Source of the DNA: Candidatus Aldehydirespirator sp. | Lineage (GTDB): Bacteria; Actinomycetota; Acidimicrobiia; Acidimicrobiales; Aldehydirespiratoraceae | Direction of reading: 5' to 3' | DNA length: 64,000 bases | NCBI GenBank assembly: GCA_965203635.1 | Contig: OZ241903.1 | Coordinates: forward strand, 3,047,547-3,111,546 | Part shown: piece by piece, positions 8,626 through 16,994 of the stretch | How positions within the stretch are numbered: position 1 is the first letter of the stretch | How the letters are laid out: each line of letters starts with the position of its first letter | Notes under the pieces: generated by a model | What the model saw: the letters and a program-made list of their open reading frames with translations, nothing else | Databases searched by the model: none | What the model was told of the DNA's origin: nothing | Translations under genes and position numbers: made by a program

Positions 8626-10862
8626 GCGTCGGCGCCTCCCCGGCCCGCATCGATGCGCCGGCCAAGCTCACCGGCGCGGCCGAGTACCCGAGCGACAGGA
8701 TCCCGCCCGACGCGCTGTGGGCCATGGCGGTGTTCACCGACCAGCCCCACGCCCGCCTGATCAGCCTCGACCTGGAGGCCGCTCGGGCCGTCGAGGGAGT
8801 GGTGGCGGTGTTCGGCTCGGCCGATGTGCCCGTCAACGAGTTCGGCCTCACCATGGCCGACCATCCCGTGTTCGTCGGCCTCGAGCACACGGGCCGCAGC
8901 CATCTGCCCTGCGACGTTTCCCGCTGGGAGGCGGACCGGCTGGCGCTGGTCGTGGCCGAGACGCCCGACGCGGCCCGGGCGGCGGCGGCCGCCATCGAGG
9001 CCCGGTGGGAGCCGTTGCCGGTGCTGGCCGACATCGACCAGTCGCTGTCGTCGGAGACGATGATCCACCCCGAGAACGGCGAGCCCTCCAACGCCTACTA
9101 CTCGCTGCGCATCCGCAAGGGGGACATGGACCGGGGCTGGGCCGACGCCGACGTGGTGGTGGAGTCGACCTACGAGTTCCCCTACCAGGAGCACGCCTAC
9201 CTGCAGCCCGAGGCGGGCATGGCCTACATCGACGGCGAGGGCCGGGTGACGGTGGAGGTCGCGGGCCAGTGGACGCACGAGGACCAGGAGCAGATCGCTC
9301 ACGCCCTCGACCTGCCGGCCGAGCGGGTCCGGGTGATCTACCCGGCTATCGGCGGCGCCTTCGGCGGCCGCGAGGACATTTCGGTCCAGATCGTGCTGGG
9401 TCTGGCCGCGATGGTGCTCCACGAGCGGGGCATCGATCGCCCGGTGGCCACCGTGTGGTCGCGCGAGGAGTCGATCGTCGGGCACGGCAAGCGCCACCGG
9501 GGCCGCATCACAGCCCGCTGGGGCGCCCGGCGCGACGGCCGCATCACCGCGGTGAGCAGCACGGCCTGGCTCGACGCGGGGGCCTACAACTTCACCTCCA
9601 ACAAGGTGCTGGGCAACTGCCACCTGCACCAGGCGGGGCCCTACGAGGTGCCCAACGCCGAGATCGACAGCGTCGCGGTGTACACCAACGCCACTCCGGC
9701 CGGCGCGTTCCGGGGCTTCGGCGCCCCCCAGGGCGCCTTCGCGGCCGAGAGCCAGATCAACAAGCTGGCTGAGGCGCTGGGTATGGACCCGGTGGAGATC
9801 CGCCGCGTCAACACCCTGCGCGAGGGCAGCGTCGGCATCACCCAGGCGGCCATGCCCGAGGGCGTGACCATGCCCGAGGTGATCGACCGCTGCGCCGAGG
9901 CCGCGGCGGAGCCCGCCTCCAACGGCGACGGCGCGGCCTTCAGCCCGTTCCCCTCGCTGCCGCCCGAGCCGTCGGCCCTTCGCCGGGGCCGGGGGTTCGC
10001 CTGCTCGTTCAAGAACGTCGGATTCTCGTTCGGCTTCCCGGAGCGGAGCGAGGCCGAGATCGTGCTCCACGGCGGCCACGATTCCGACGTGCCTGAATGG
10101 GCCGAGCTCTATCACGCCGGCGCGGAGGTGGGCCAGGGCGCCCACACGGCGCTGGTGCAGATGGCCGCCGAGGCCACCGGGCTTCCCGCGGACCGCATCG
10201 AGCACCGCTTCAGCGACACGGCTACCTCCGGCGACGCGGGCTCGGCGTCGGCGTCGAGGCTCACGTGGATGTCGGGCAACGCGATCCTGGGCGCGGCCGA
10301 GGAGGCCGAGAAGGCCTGGCGGGACGGCCAGCGCCCGGCTGCGGGCCGTTTCCGCTTCGTGCCTCCGCCCACGGAGACGCTCGACCCCGTCGACGGCCAC
10401 TGCGTCCCCAACTTCAGCTACGGCTACGTGGCCCAGCACGTTGAGCTCACGGTGGACACCGGAACGGGTCACATCCGCATCGACCGGGTGGTGAGCGCCC
10501 ACGACGTCGGGCGGGCCATCAACCCGGACCTGGTGGTGGGCCAGATCGAGGGTGCGGTCATCCAGGCCCACGGATACGCGCTGAGCGAGAACCTCCAATC
10601 GGACGGTGGCCGCCTGCAGAACATGCGCCTGAGCACCTACCTGATGCCCGGCATCGGCGACATCCCCACCACCGTCGACAGCGTGGTGCTGGAGCTGGCC
10701 GACCCGCTCGGACCGTGGGGCGCCCGGGGCATGGCCGAGATGGGCATGATCCCCTACGCCCCCGCGGTGACGGCCGCCCTCCACGACGCCACCGGCGTCT
10801 GGTTCGACAGCTTCCCCCTCACCCCCGACCGGGTCCTGGCCGGCCTAGCTGCGGCGCAATAG
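8622..10862 (+). CDS. xanthine dehydrogenase-family molybdopterin-binding large subunit
   Basis: ATG 8622 overlaps the upstream stop (ATGA). Motifs are AIGGAFGGREDIS, FRGFGAPQG and the C-terminal GARGMAEMG (catalytic-Glu region). The 8214 start in the ORF track lies inside the upstream gene. Confidence 0.85.
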   Translation: MSVGASPARIDAPAKLTGAAEYPSDRIPPDALWAMAVFTDQPHARLISLDLEAARAVEGVVAVFGSADVPVNEFGLTMADHPVFVGLEHTGRSHLPCDVSRWEADRLALVVAETPDAARAAAAAIEARWEPLPVLADIDQSLSSETMIHPENGEPSNAYYSLRIRKGDMDRGWADADVVVESTYEFPYQEHAYLQPEAGMAYIDGEGRVTVEVAGQWTHEDQEQIAHALDLPAERVRVIYPAIGGAFGGREDISVQIVLGLAAMVLHERGIDRPVATVWSREESIVGHGKRHRGRITARWGARRDGRITAVSSTAWLDAGAYNFTSNKVLGNCHLHQAGPYEVPNAEIDSVAVYTNATPAGAFRGFGAPQGAFAAESQINKLAEALGMDPVEIRRVNTLREGSVGITQAAMPEGVTMPEVIDRCAEAAAEPASNGDGAAFSPFPSLPPEPSALRRGRGFACSFKNVGFSFGFPERSEAEIVLHGGHDSDVPEWAELYHAGAEVGQGAHTALVQMAAEATGLPADRIEHRFSDTATSGDAGSASASRLTWMSGNAILGAAEEAEKAWRDGQRPAAGRFRFVPPPTETLDPVDGHCVPNFSYGYVAQHVELTVDTGTGHIRIDRVVSAHDVGRAINPDLVVGQIEGAVIQAHGYALSENLQSDGGRLQNMRLSTYLMPGIGDIPTTVDSVVLELADPLGPWGARGMAEMGMIPYAPAVTAALHDATGVWFDSFPLTPDRVLAGLAAAQ
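10572..10837. repeat. direct repeat copy 1 (native 3' end of the xdh large-subunit gene)
   Basis: Aligns without gaps at a constant offset of 1888 nt to 12460..12725, with about eight mismatches counted by eye, mostly third-codon positions. Confidence 0.9.
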
Positions 10863-11081
10863 CCGCGACCTTCATCGGCCCTCGAGGCCGTCCGCAGCCG
10901 CCGCATCCGGTCCCCGGCTCTCGGCCTGATACGAGGCCGCTTCGGCGTCGCTCAGACCGTCGAGTGCACCTCGAACGGACGACCACCACTCGTCGCGGCC
11001 GAGCCGGCGCACTGCGTCGATCACCACATCCACCATAGTTGTGCCCCGCTGCTTCGCAGTGGCGGCCGCAGCACAGTCGTC

Positions 11082-12383
11082 TCAGGGTGCTAGGGCGGTG
11101 AGAGGGGCTACTGCTACGCCGTCGGGGCGCTCGTAGGCGTATCCGCCGGCGGTGACGACGAGCAGTTTGGCCGGCTCGCCCGCCTTGTCGAGGTTCACCT
11201 TGTTGCGCAGCCGCAGCAGCGCGGCTGCGGCGTCGTCAGGGCCGCGGCCGCCCCCGAGCTTGATCTCGGCAGCGATCCATCGCCCGTCGGAGCGCTCCAG
11301 GATGGCGTCCACCTCCAGTCCGGTGTTGTCGCGGTAGTAGTGGATCCGAGCGTCGTTGGCGTCGGCGTACACCCGCAGGTCGCGCACGGCCAGCGCCTCG
11401 AACAGCGCGCCGAAGCCTCTCGGGTCGGCCATGAGCCGGGCCCGGTTGGACCGCAGCGCCGCCACCGCCAGCGAGGGGTCCACGAGATAGCGCTTCGGGG
11501 TGACCGCGATGTGGGCCCGGGACCGCAGGTCCGCGGGCCACGGCGTGAGATGCTCCAGAACGAACAACTGCTCCAGGGCCGACAGATAGGCGGCCACCGT
11601 CCTGGGGTCCGCGGGGCGAATGGTGTCCATGTCGGACGCGAGGACCCGCCGCGAGGCGCTGGTGGCGATGTTGCGGGCCAGCGACTCCAACAGCCGGGCC
11701 ACACCCGCCGGGTCGCGGCGGGCCCGGTCCACGTACTCGATGTCGGCCTTGCAGAGGTCGGACAGGTAGTCGCGCAGCAGCTGCTGGGCACCCGCGCCGT
11801 CGGCGTCCAACAGCGCGGGCCAGCCGCCCCGGCACACCAGCTCGTAGATGTCGGGCTCGTCGCCGGCCGCGGGCGCCGACACCTCCTCGGAGTCGAACAG
11901 GTCCCCCAGCGACACCGCCCCCGACGACTCCTCAGACTCGAGTAGCGTCATGGGCCGCATCCGCACCCTGCGCACCCGCCCGGCCCCGGTGTGGCGGGTG
12001 TGGCTGTCGGGCGGCACCGCCGAGCCGGTCAGGATGAACTGTCCCGGCAGTCCCAGCTCGTCGCAGGCCCGCCGCATCGGGTTCCAGATGCCCGGCGACA
12101 GGTGGTACTCGTCTATGAGCCGAGGCCGCTCGCCCTCCAGCAGCAGCCGCCTCGCCATGGCCGAGGTGACGGCGGCCGACTCCTCGGCGTCGATCAGCAC
12201 CGCGCTGCGGGCGGCGCTGCCGCCGGTCCACGTCTTGCCGCAAGCGCGCGGCCCCTCGATCAGCACCGCCGGCGCCACTCTGAGAGCCCGCTGAAGCAGC
12301 CCGTCCGCGATCCGGGGCCGGTACCGCCCACGGATCGTCTCCAGCAGCGGATGCTCGCGCAGACTGCTCTCCACCACGTCCAA
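11082..12383 (-). CDS. AAA+ ATPase with C-terminal DUF4143 / PD-(D/E)xK-like domain
   Basis: 433 aa. P-loop LIEGPRACGKTW. The C-terminal GLEVDAILERSDGRWIAAEIKLGG fits a D...E-x-K nuclease-fold motif, as in the AAA_14+DUF4143 architecture. The gene is high GC. Confidence 0.8.
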   Translation of the reverse strand: MDVVESSLREHPLLETIRGRYRPRIADGLLQRALRVAPAVLIEGPRACGKTWTGGSAARSAVLIDAEESAAVTSAMARRLLLEGERPRLIDEYHLSPGIWNPMRRACDELGLPGQFILTGSAVPPDSHTRHTGAGRVRRVRMRPMTLLESEESSGAVSLGDLFDSEEVSAPAAGDEPDIYELVCRGGWPALLDADGAGAQQLLRDYLSDLCKADIEYVDRARRDPAGVARLLESLARNIATSASRRVLASDMDTIRPADPRTVAAYLSALEQLFVLEHLTPWPADLRSRAHIAVTPKRYLVDPSLAVAALRSNRARLMADPRGFGALFEALAVRDLRVYADANDARIHYYRDNTGLEVDAILERSDGRWIAAEIKLGGGRGPDDAAAALLRLRNKVNLDKAGEPAKLLVVTAGGYAYERPDGVAVAPLTALAP

Positions 12384-12397
12384 TGTATCAGATCAAA

Positions 12398-12425
12398 GCC
12401 ATCCAATGCATCAATATTGGATGGC
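12398..12425. repeat. perfect 10-bp inverted repeat GCCATCCAAT-N8-ATTGGATGGC
   Basis: Read directly from the sequence. It lies in an AT-rich patch 15 nt upstream of the ATPase start (12383) and about 35 nt before repeat copy 2. It could be an operator or a recombination site. Confidence 0.5.
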
Positions 12426-12459
12426 GCGATGCATGAATGTACACTTGACTCTCTATCTT

Positions 12460-12725
12460 GGCTACGCGCTCAGCGAGAACCTCCAATCAGACGGTGGCCG
12501 CCTGCAGAACATGCGCCTGAGCACCTACCTGATGCCCGGCATCGGCGACATCCCCACCACCGTCGACAGCGTCGTGCTGGAGCTGGCCGACCCGCTCGGC
12601 CCCTGGGGCGCCCGGGGCATGGCCGAGATGGGCATGATCCCCTACGCCCCCGCGGTGACGGCCGCCCTTCACGACGCCACCGGCGTCTGGTTCGACAGCT
12701 TCCCCCTCGCCCCCGACCGGGTCCT
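12460..12725. repeat. direct repeat copy 2 (duplicated xdh 3' end)
   Basis: See copy 1. It encodes GYALSENLQSDGGRLQNMRLSTYLMPGIGDIPTTVDSVVLELADPLGPWGARGMAEMGMIPYAPAVTAALHDATGVWFDSFPLAPDRVL, almost identical to the C-terminus of the intact xdh product. Confidence 0.9.
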
Positions 12726-12771
12726 TCGAGGGCTCTACGACTCCGCATCGCAACAGCCCGAATCCCCATGA
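12460..12771 (+). pseudogene. orphan 3' fragment of an xdh large-subunit gene
   Basis: It covers only the last ~90 codons of the ~746-codon gene, with a divergent tail (LRGLYDSASQQPESP). The upstream part of ORF 12406..12771 (MHQYWMARCMNVHLTLYL) is AT-rich junction sequence, not xdh. Confidence 0.7.
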
Positions 12772-12994
12772 CATTCCGCGATCCAGCGATTATCAACTCA
12801 CCCCCAGCCACAGCTTCTAGGCGACCAAAGCGACCCCTATCAGGACACCCTTCACCACGAATTCCCGAACTCCCATTGGAGCCAGCCCGCCGCGGTACTA
12901 TGTCACAGCCAGCGCGTGCCCATCGATCTTCGGATCGAAGAGGCGCTAGTTGGGGGCCTAACCGTCCTTCGATCACCAGAGAATCCAATACGCG

Positions 12995-14509
12995 ATGTTC
13001 TCCTTCTACAGATCGACTTTCAAGGCGTACTTGACGGTCGTCAAGGCTTCCAGTCGAGTTCTCCAAAGCGCAATCAACAACGCACGCTTTCAACATCCGC
13101 GATCGGGCGCAGCCCCTATCGTCCTAGGACCGTCACACAGCGCTCCAGCTCCGAATTCCTCAAGCCGAAACGTCTGGGACTATCGAGGGGTCGCAGCGCC
13201 GAGGGATATCAACCCTCACGAGGTCGATTTTCCACTGGGCAGGTATCGAGAGCCCAAACGTTGGAAAGCAACGGCTCCCATAGGTGTATCTCGTCGCATT
13301 GCGAACCATCACACGGCTGTCTTCGGGCCAACGCGTTCTGGAAAGACCATGTCAATCATCGTTCCTTGGATATATCACGCTCTGAAGCAAGGGTTTACAG
13401 TACTGGCTATCGATGTTAAGGGAAATGATGATCTACTCAGCGCTGTCCGTCAGTATGCCAAGCATTGCGGACCATTGAACATACCGTCATTCAAGTGGGA
13501 CTACACGGACGCCGCCAATTCCTTTTCCTGGAATTGGATACGAGATGCCATTACTCCCGGAGAAATCAATAGCGCCATAGATGCCATATGTGGTATGCCC
13601 TCACCTAACGATCCAAATCAGTTCTTCCATGATTGTGCTACCCGATATTTGCGATCTCTTCTAGAACTCTCAGCTGTCATTCCCCACTCGTTGTCAGCAC
13701 AAGATCTCTTCGTTCTGGTGAACGACCAAGAAAAGATGATTCCTCTTGTTCACGCCTACCAGGGCCATAGAGCATCGGCTGCTCTCCTCGAGCTAACGCG
13801 TCTCGATCCGACAGATTATGCCAATCGAGTTGCAGTGCTCGTCAACCATTTGACTCCATTGATCGCGACTGAGTTCTTAAGCGTGACGACGAACGACAGC
13901 CAGAATATCACCATAGACTGGCTCTGGAGTACCGATCCGAAGTTAACCATTGTAACCGCTCCATTAGCAGATGGAAAGTTAGCCACATCCGCTTCGGCAC
14001 TATTCTTGGGACAATTTCTCCAAAATGTGAAGGCACGCTTGGGTACTGGATCCGCAAACAGGCCAGTCCTGTTGGTGCTCGATGAGGCACCGCGACTACA
14101 AGATAGAATAGACCTCGGTGCGATCCTCTCGACAGTCGCCCAAGCAAACGTGAGCGTATTGCTAGCATTACAGGATGTGTCGCAACTCAGTGATACTGTA
14201 AGAGATGAGATCTTGTCGAACTGCGCCACGAAGATCTGCCTTCCAAGGGTCTCTGAAGCGACGACCCGCTACTTCACTAGCCAATTGGGGGAAATCTATC
14301 TTGATTCAAAGTCGGTGAACACCGGCGACAGTAGCCGTACGGTTCGGTCAAGTTCCTGGACTCATACTACTGAACTACGGCCGGTTTTGAGCCACCGTGA
14401 AATCGCTCATCCGCCGACCCGATTTGGAAATTGGACGGGAACAGTGCATTCTCCAGATCTATCACATGCACCGATAGTTACAGATCTGACGAGAACGGAT
14501 CTGTTATGA
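12995..14509 (+). CDS. soluble type IV coupling protein-like (TraD/TraG/VirD4 family) P-loop ATPase
   Basis: 504 aa. Walker A HHTAVFGPTRSGKT, Walker B PVLLVLDEAPRL. Downstream T4CP-like blocks are AQANVSVLLALQDVSQLSD and ILSNCATKICLPRVSEATTRYFTSQLGE. No N-terminal transmembrane helices are evident. Start is uncertain. Confidence 0.7.
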   Translation: MFSFYRSTFKAYLTVVKASSRVLQSAINNARFQHPRSGAAPIVLGPSHSAPAPNSSSRNVWDYRGVAAPRDINPHEVDFPLGRYREPKRWKATAPIGVSRRIANHHTAVFGPTRSGKTMSIIVPWIYHALKQGFTVLAIDVKGNDDLLSAVRQYAKHCGPLNIPSFKWDYTDAANSFSWNWIRDAITPGEINSAIDAICGMPSPNDPNQFFHDCATRYLRSLLELSAVIPHSLSAQDLFVLVNDQEKMIPLVHAYQGHRASAALLELTRLDPTDYANRVAVLVNHLTPLIATEFLSVTTNDSQNITIDWLWSTDPKLTIVTAPLADGKLATSASALFLGQFLQNVKARLGTGSANRPVLLVLDEAPRLQDRIDLGAILSTVAQANVSVLLALQDVSQLSDTVRDEILSNCATKICLPRVSEATTRYFTSQLGEIYLDSKSVNTGDSSRTVRSSSWTHTTELRPVLSHREIAHPPTRFGNWTGTVHSPDLSHAPIVTDLTRTDLL

Positions 14510-14546
14510 TATGTGCCCCCTAGTCAGGCCGACCTAAGTCACTTCA

Positions 14547-16886
14547 TTATGTCGTGTCTGTTGACAGCAGTCCTTCGATTGTGGAAATCGGGAATCCCAA
14601 CGCAAGCAAGGCCGCTACCGGATCTTCGACATCGGCAGGAATCTCGACAGAAAGTTGCAACGGACTCGTAAAGAGCACATACACTGTCTCGCCCGATCCA
14701 ACGAGGCAGATCTCATCTTCCCCGCACGATATCCATCCCGGAGCAATGAATGCCGCCCCTAGGTATGCGATGACGGCTGGCCTAACTGAATCATGGCGAT
14801 CCTTCGGCCATACACGAGTCGCATCAAAAAATGATGGCTTAGCGTCGCGCAGTGAACCATCTGGTGACCATCTTGCGTGCATATCTTGGAAGTCACTGTC
14901 TGTCTCTTGGCGCAGATTTGAACCGTCTGCAGCGAGAGTAAAGATCTCCGAATCCCCATCGTGCACGCTGCTGTAGCTGATCCGTCCGCCATCAGGCAGC
15001 CACGTTGGGAAGAAGTCTCGTATTTCATTGTGAGTCAGTTGCTCGAGAGAAGAGCCGTCGCTATCGATCAGAAAGATCTCAGAATCCCCATCTCTATCGC
15101 TCTCGAAGACCAGGCGAGAGCCATCCGGTGAGAACTGGGCATTGCTGTCGGAGCTATCGTTGTGGGTCAACTGTCGGAGATTGCGGCCATACAGATCCAT
15201 GATAAAGAGTTCAAAATCACCATCGCGATCACTGTAGAACGCAAAGTCTACGCCATTCGGCGACCAAGATGTAGGTATATCAGTCGATTCACTATTAGTT
15301 AGACGGCGTTGGAACCTCCCCTCGGGATCGGAAACATATATCTCAAGCTGTCCGTCCCGATTGCTTGAGAATAGTATCAGATTGCTGGAATATGACCATA
15401 CAGGGAAGATGTCACTAAACTCATTAGTCGTAAGTTGATGCATCGTCAAACCGTCTACATTTCTTACAAAAATCTCCAAGTCGCCATCCGTAGAGCTTGC
15501 ATATGCAATGCGCTCTGCGTCCGGAGCCCATGTTGGCCACAACTCGTCATCCGATTCCCCCGACAAAACCCTTTCAGTTCCACGGTCGAGATTCCTTACG
15601 ACGATACGCGGGTGTTCTTCCCGCCAGGATATGTAGGCCATCTGTCGATCTGGGAAGGTGGAGACATTCGACTGCGGCACCTCCGCCTCTCCATCTGCGC
15701 CTTCTGCGCTCAACATGCCGGAAGGCGTCTCTGGCAGCGGCGCCGGCGCCTCGCCTACGATAGATCGCGACGTTGTCTCATCTCCGTCTTGCCCAAGCAG
15801 TCCGGCAATGATGAGCAGTATCACTGCGAGCACGCCAGCCGCGACCAGCCATCGGGGGGCCCGCCTTGACCGGGAAGGTCCAGGTCTTACCCCACCGGCG
15901 AGCTGGCCGATACGAGCGACGGCCGCCGGCTGTCCAGTCCCATGCGTCCCAACCACTGGTCGTGTCCCATAAACAGGAGCGACACGCAACTGCCCCGGGG
16001 CCTTAGTCGAGGCCTTCGCCTTTGCTCTCCGTACGGGCGAAAGCCATTCCGTCGGTTGAGGACGATCCGTCTGGTCGGGCGACAGGCTCCGTTCGATGAG
16101 CCTCTGGATTTCGGACGGGACGCGACCGCGAACCCGCGATGCATCTCTCGAGGCCTGTTCTCCTGCAAAGAGACGGAGCGCTACAAGGCCCAACTTGTAG
16201 ACATCCGTATACCGGGTGCCGAGTTTCTCTCGTGGAAACACTGCCTCGATAGACCAGTCCGGTGTCTCGTTCTGGGATTCGACACCCCGACCCTCCAACG
16301 CCATGGAATCACAGTCAATCAAGTAGACACGTGACCTTGGCACAAACGAAAACAGCAGATTGCGTGCCGAAAGATCTCCCACAACAATACCACGAGAGTG
16401 CATCCACTCTAGGGATTCTCCCAACTTCTCGATGACTTCATATCGTTGACGGTCGCTTACCCGTAGTCCGATACGGTTCAGATACTCTGGCGGCTTCAGG
16501 AGTAGTTGCAAATCACCAATGTGCTCCATCGGTTGTCCTGAAATGCCCCGCAGTGTCAAGAAGAAGGGTCGAGGAACCTTCGGCATAATAAACCCCGACA
16601 GCATGCCTCCCCGTTCTACTAACTGACAGGGCCAAGCAGCGAAATTCAGAAGCGTTTCCCTATCTTCAATGCTCAGCTCTGAAAAATACTGCTGTCTCGC
16701 TTCCAGTGCTTCAATATCGCCGGTCGATGGGCGCTGTGTGTAGTGCTTATAGACCGTCTCCGCAGTGAAACCGCCTGTATCCAGCTCAATCAAGCCACCC
16801 GGTGCTTCGTAGACCGTCCCCTCTCCGCCGCTTGCGATGACCTTTAGCCCATCCAAATCGAGACTAGTAGCATCTAGACGCGACAC
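14547..16886 (-). CDS. membrane Ser/Thr protein kinase with extracytoplasmic PD40/TolB-like beta-propeller (TerY-P kinase component)
   Basis: 779 aa. Glycine loop ASGGEGTVY, catalytic loop VVGDLSARNLL, DFG-equivalent LIDCDS. One TM helix WLVAAGVLAVILLIIAGLLG (about nt 15792-15851). Then 5-6 repeats of the type WSPDG/WAPDA..I.F.S.RDGD.EI. (about nt 14850-15640). Confidence 0.85.
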   Translation of the reverse strand: MSRLDATSLDLDGLKVIASGGEGTVYEAPGGLIELDTGGFTAETVYKHYTQRPSTGDIEALEARQQYFSELSIEDRETLLNFAAWPCQLVERGGMLSGFIMPKVPRPFFLTLRGISGQPMEHIGDLQLLLKPPEYLNRIGLRVSDRQRYEVIEKLGESLEWMHSRGIVVGDLSARNLLFSFVPRSRVYLIDCDSMALEGRGVESQNETPDWSIEAVFPREKLGTRYTDVYKLGLVALRLFAGEQASRDASRVRGRVPSEIQRLIERSLSPDQTDRPQPTEWLSPVRRAKAKASTKAPGQLRVAPVYGTRPVVGTHGTGQPAAVARIGQLAGGVRPGPSRSRRAPRWLVAAGVLAVILLIIAGLLGQDGDETTSRSIVGEAPAPLPETPSGMLSAEGADGEAEVPQSNVSTFPDRQMAYISWREEHPRIVVRNLDRGTERVLSGESDDELWPTWAPDAERIAYASSTDGDLEIFVRNVDGLTMHQLTTNEFSDIFPVWSYSSNLILFSSNRDGQLEIYVSDPEGRFQRRLTNSESTDIPTSWSPNGVDFAFYSDRDGDFELFIMDLYGRNLRQLTHNDSSDSNAQFSPDGSRLVFESDRDGDSEIFLIDSDGSSLEQLTHNEIRDFFPTWLPDGGRISYSSVHDGDSEIFTLAADGSNLRQETDSDFQDMHARWSPDGSLRDAKPSFFDATRVWPKDRHDSVRPAVIAYLGAAFIAPGWISCGEDEICLVGSGETVYVLFTSPLQLSVEIPADVEDPVAALLALGFPISTIEGLLSTDTT

Positions 16887-16994
16887 ATGCGCCCCATTCC
16901 TATTACTGTACCTGCTTCAGCACGCACACCATCGAAGCTAGCAACCAGTTCAGACTCCACGCTACCGATCAATTGGGCGCTTCCGCATCCGAGA

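Noticed and set aside
8502-10784. 760-aa minus-strand ORF antisense to the xdh large subunit, and the 693-aa plus-strand ORF 20029..22110 antisense to thrS
   Set aside because: The opposite strands carry unambiguous conserved enzymes, and these ORFs have no recognisable features.
10872-11036. 54-codon minus-strand ATG ORF (MVDVVIDAVRRLGRDEWWSSVRGALDGLSDAEAASYQAESRGPDAAAADGLEGR) between xdh and the ATPase gene
   Set aside because: It has no convincing RBS, no recognisable motif, and is below a size I can support. It might be a remnant or a small antitoxin-like gene, but that is unsupported.
12406-12459. ATG-initiated N-terminus of ORF 12406..12771 as a genuine gene start
   Set aside because: The first 18 codons are AT-rich junction DNA fused by chance to the orphan xdh fragment, and the product would be only a ~90-aa C-terminal piece of a ~746-aa enzyme. 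I treated it as a pseudogene. Expression of a small fragment cannot be excluded.
12923-12938. TCGATC-TTCG-GATCGA hairpin (UUCG tetraloop) upstream of the T4CP-like gene
   Set aside because: A 6-bp stem with no U-tract or conserved context is likely to occur by chance.
12916-13419. 167-aa plus-strand ORF overlapping the start of the T4CP-like gene in another frame
   Set aside because: It has no motifs. The overlapping frame carries the Walker A and the rest of a coherent ATPase.
14510-14546. Search for a terminator between the convergent T4CP-like and kinase genes
   Set aside because: No stem of useful length was found by eye in the 37-nt gap.
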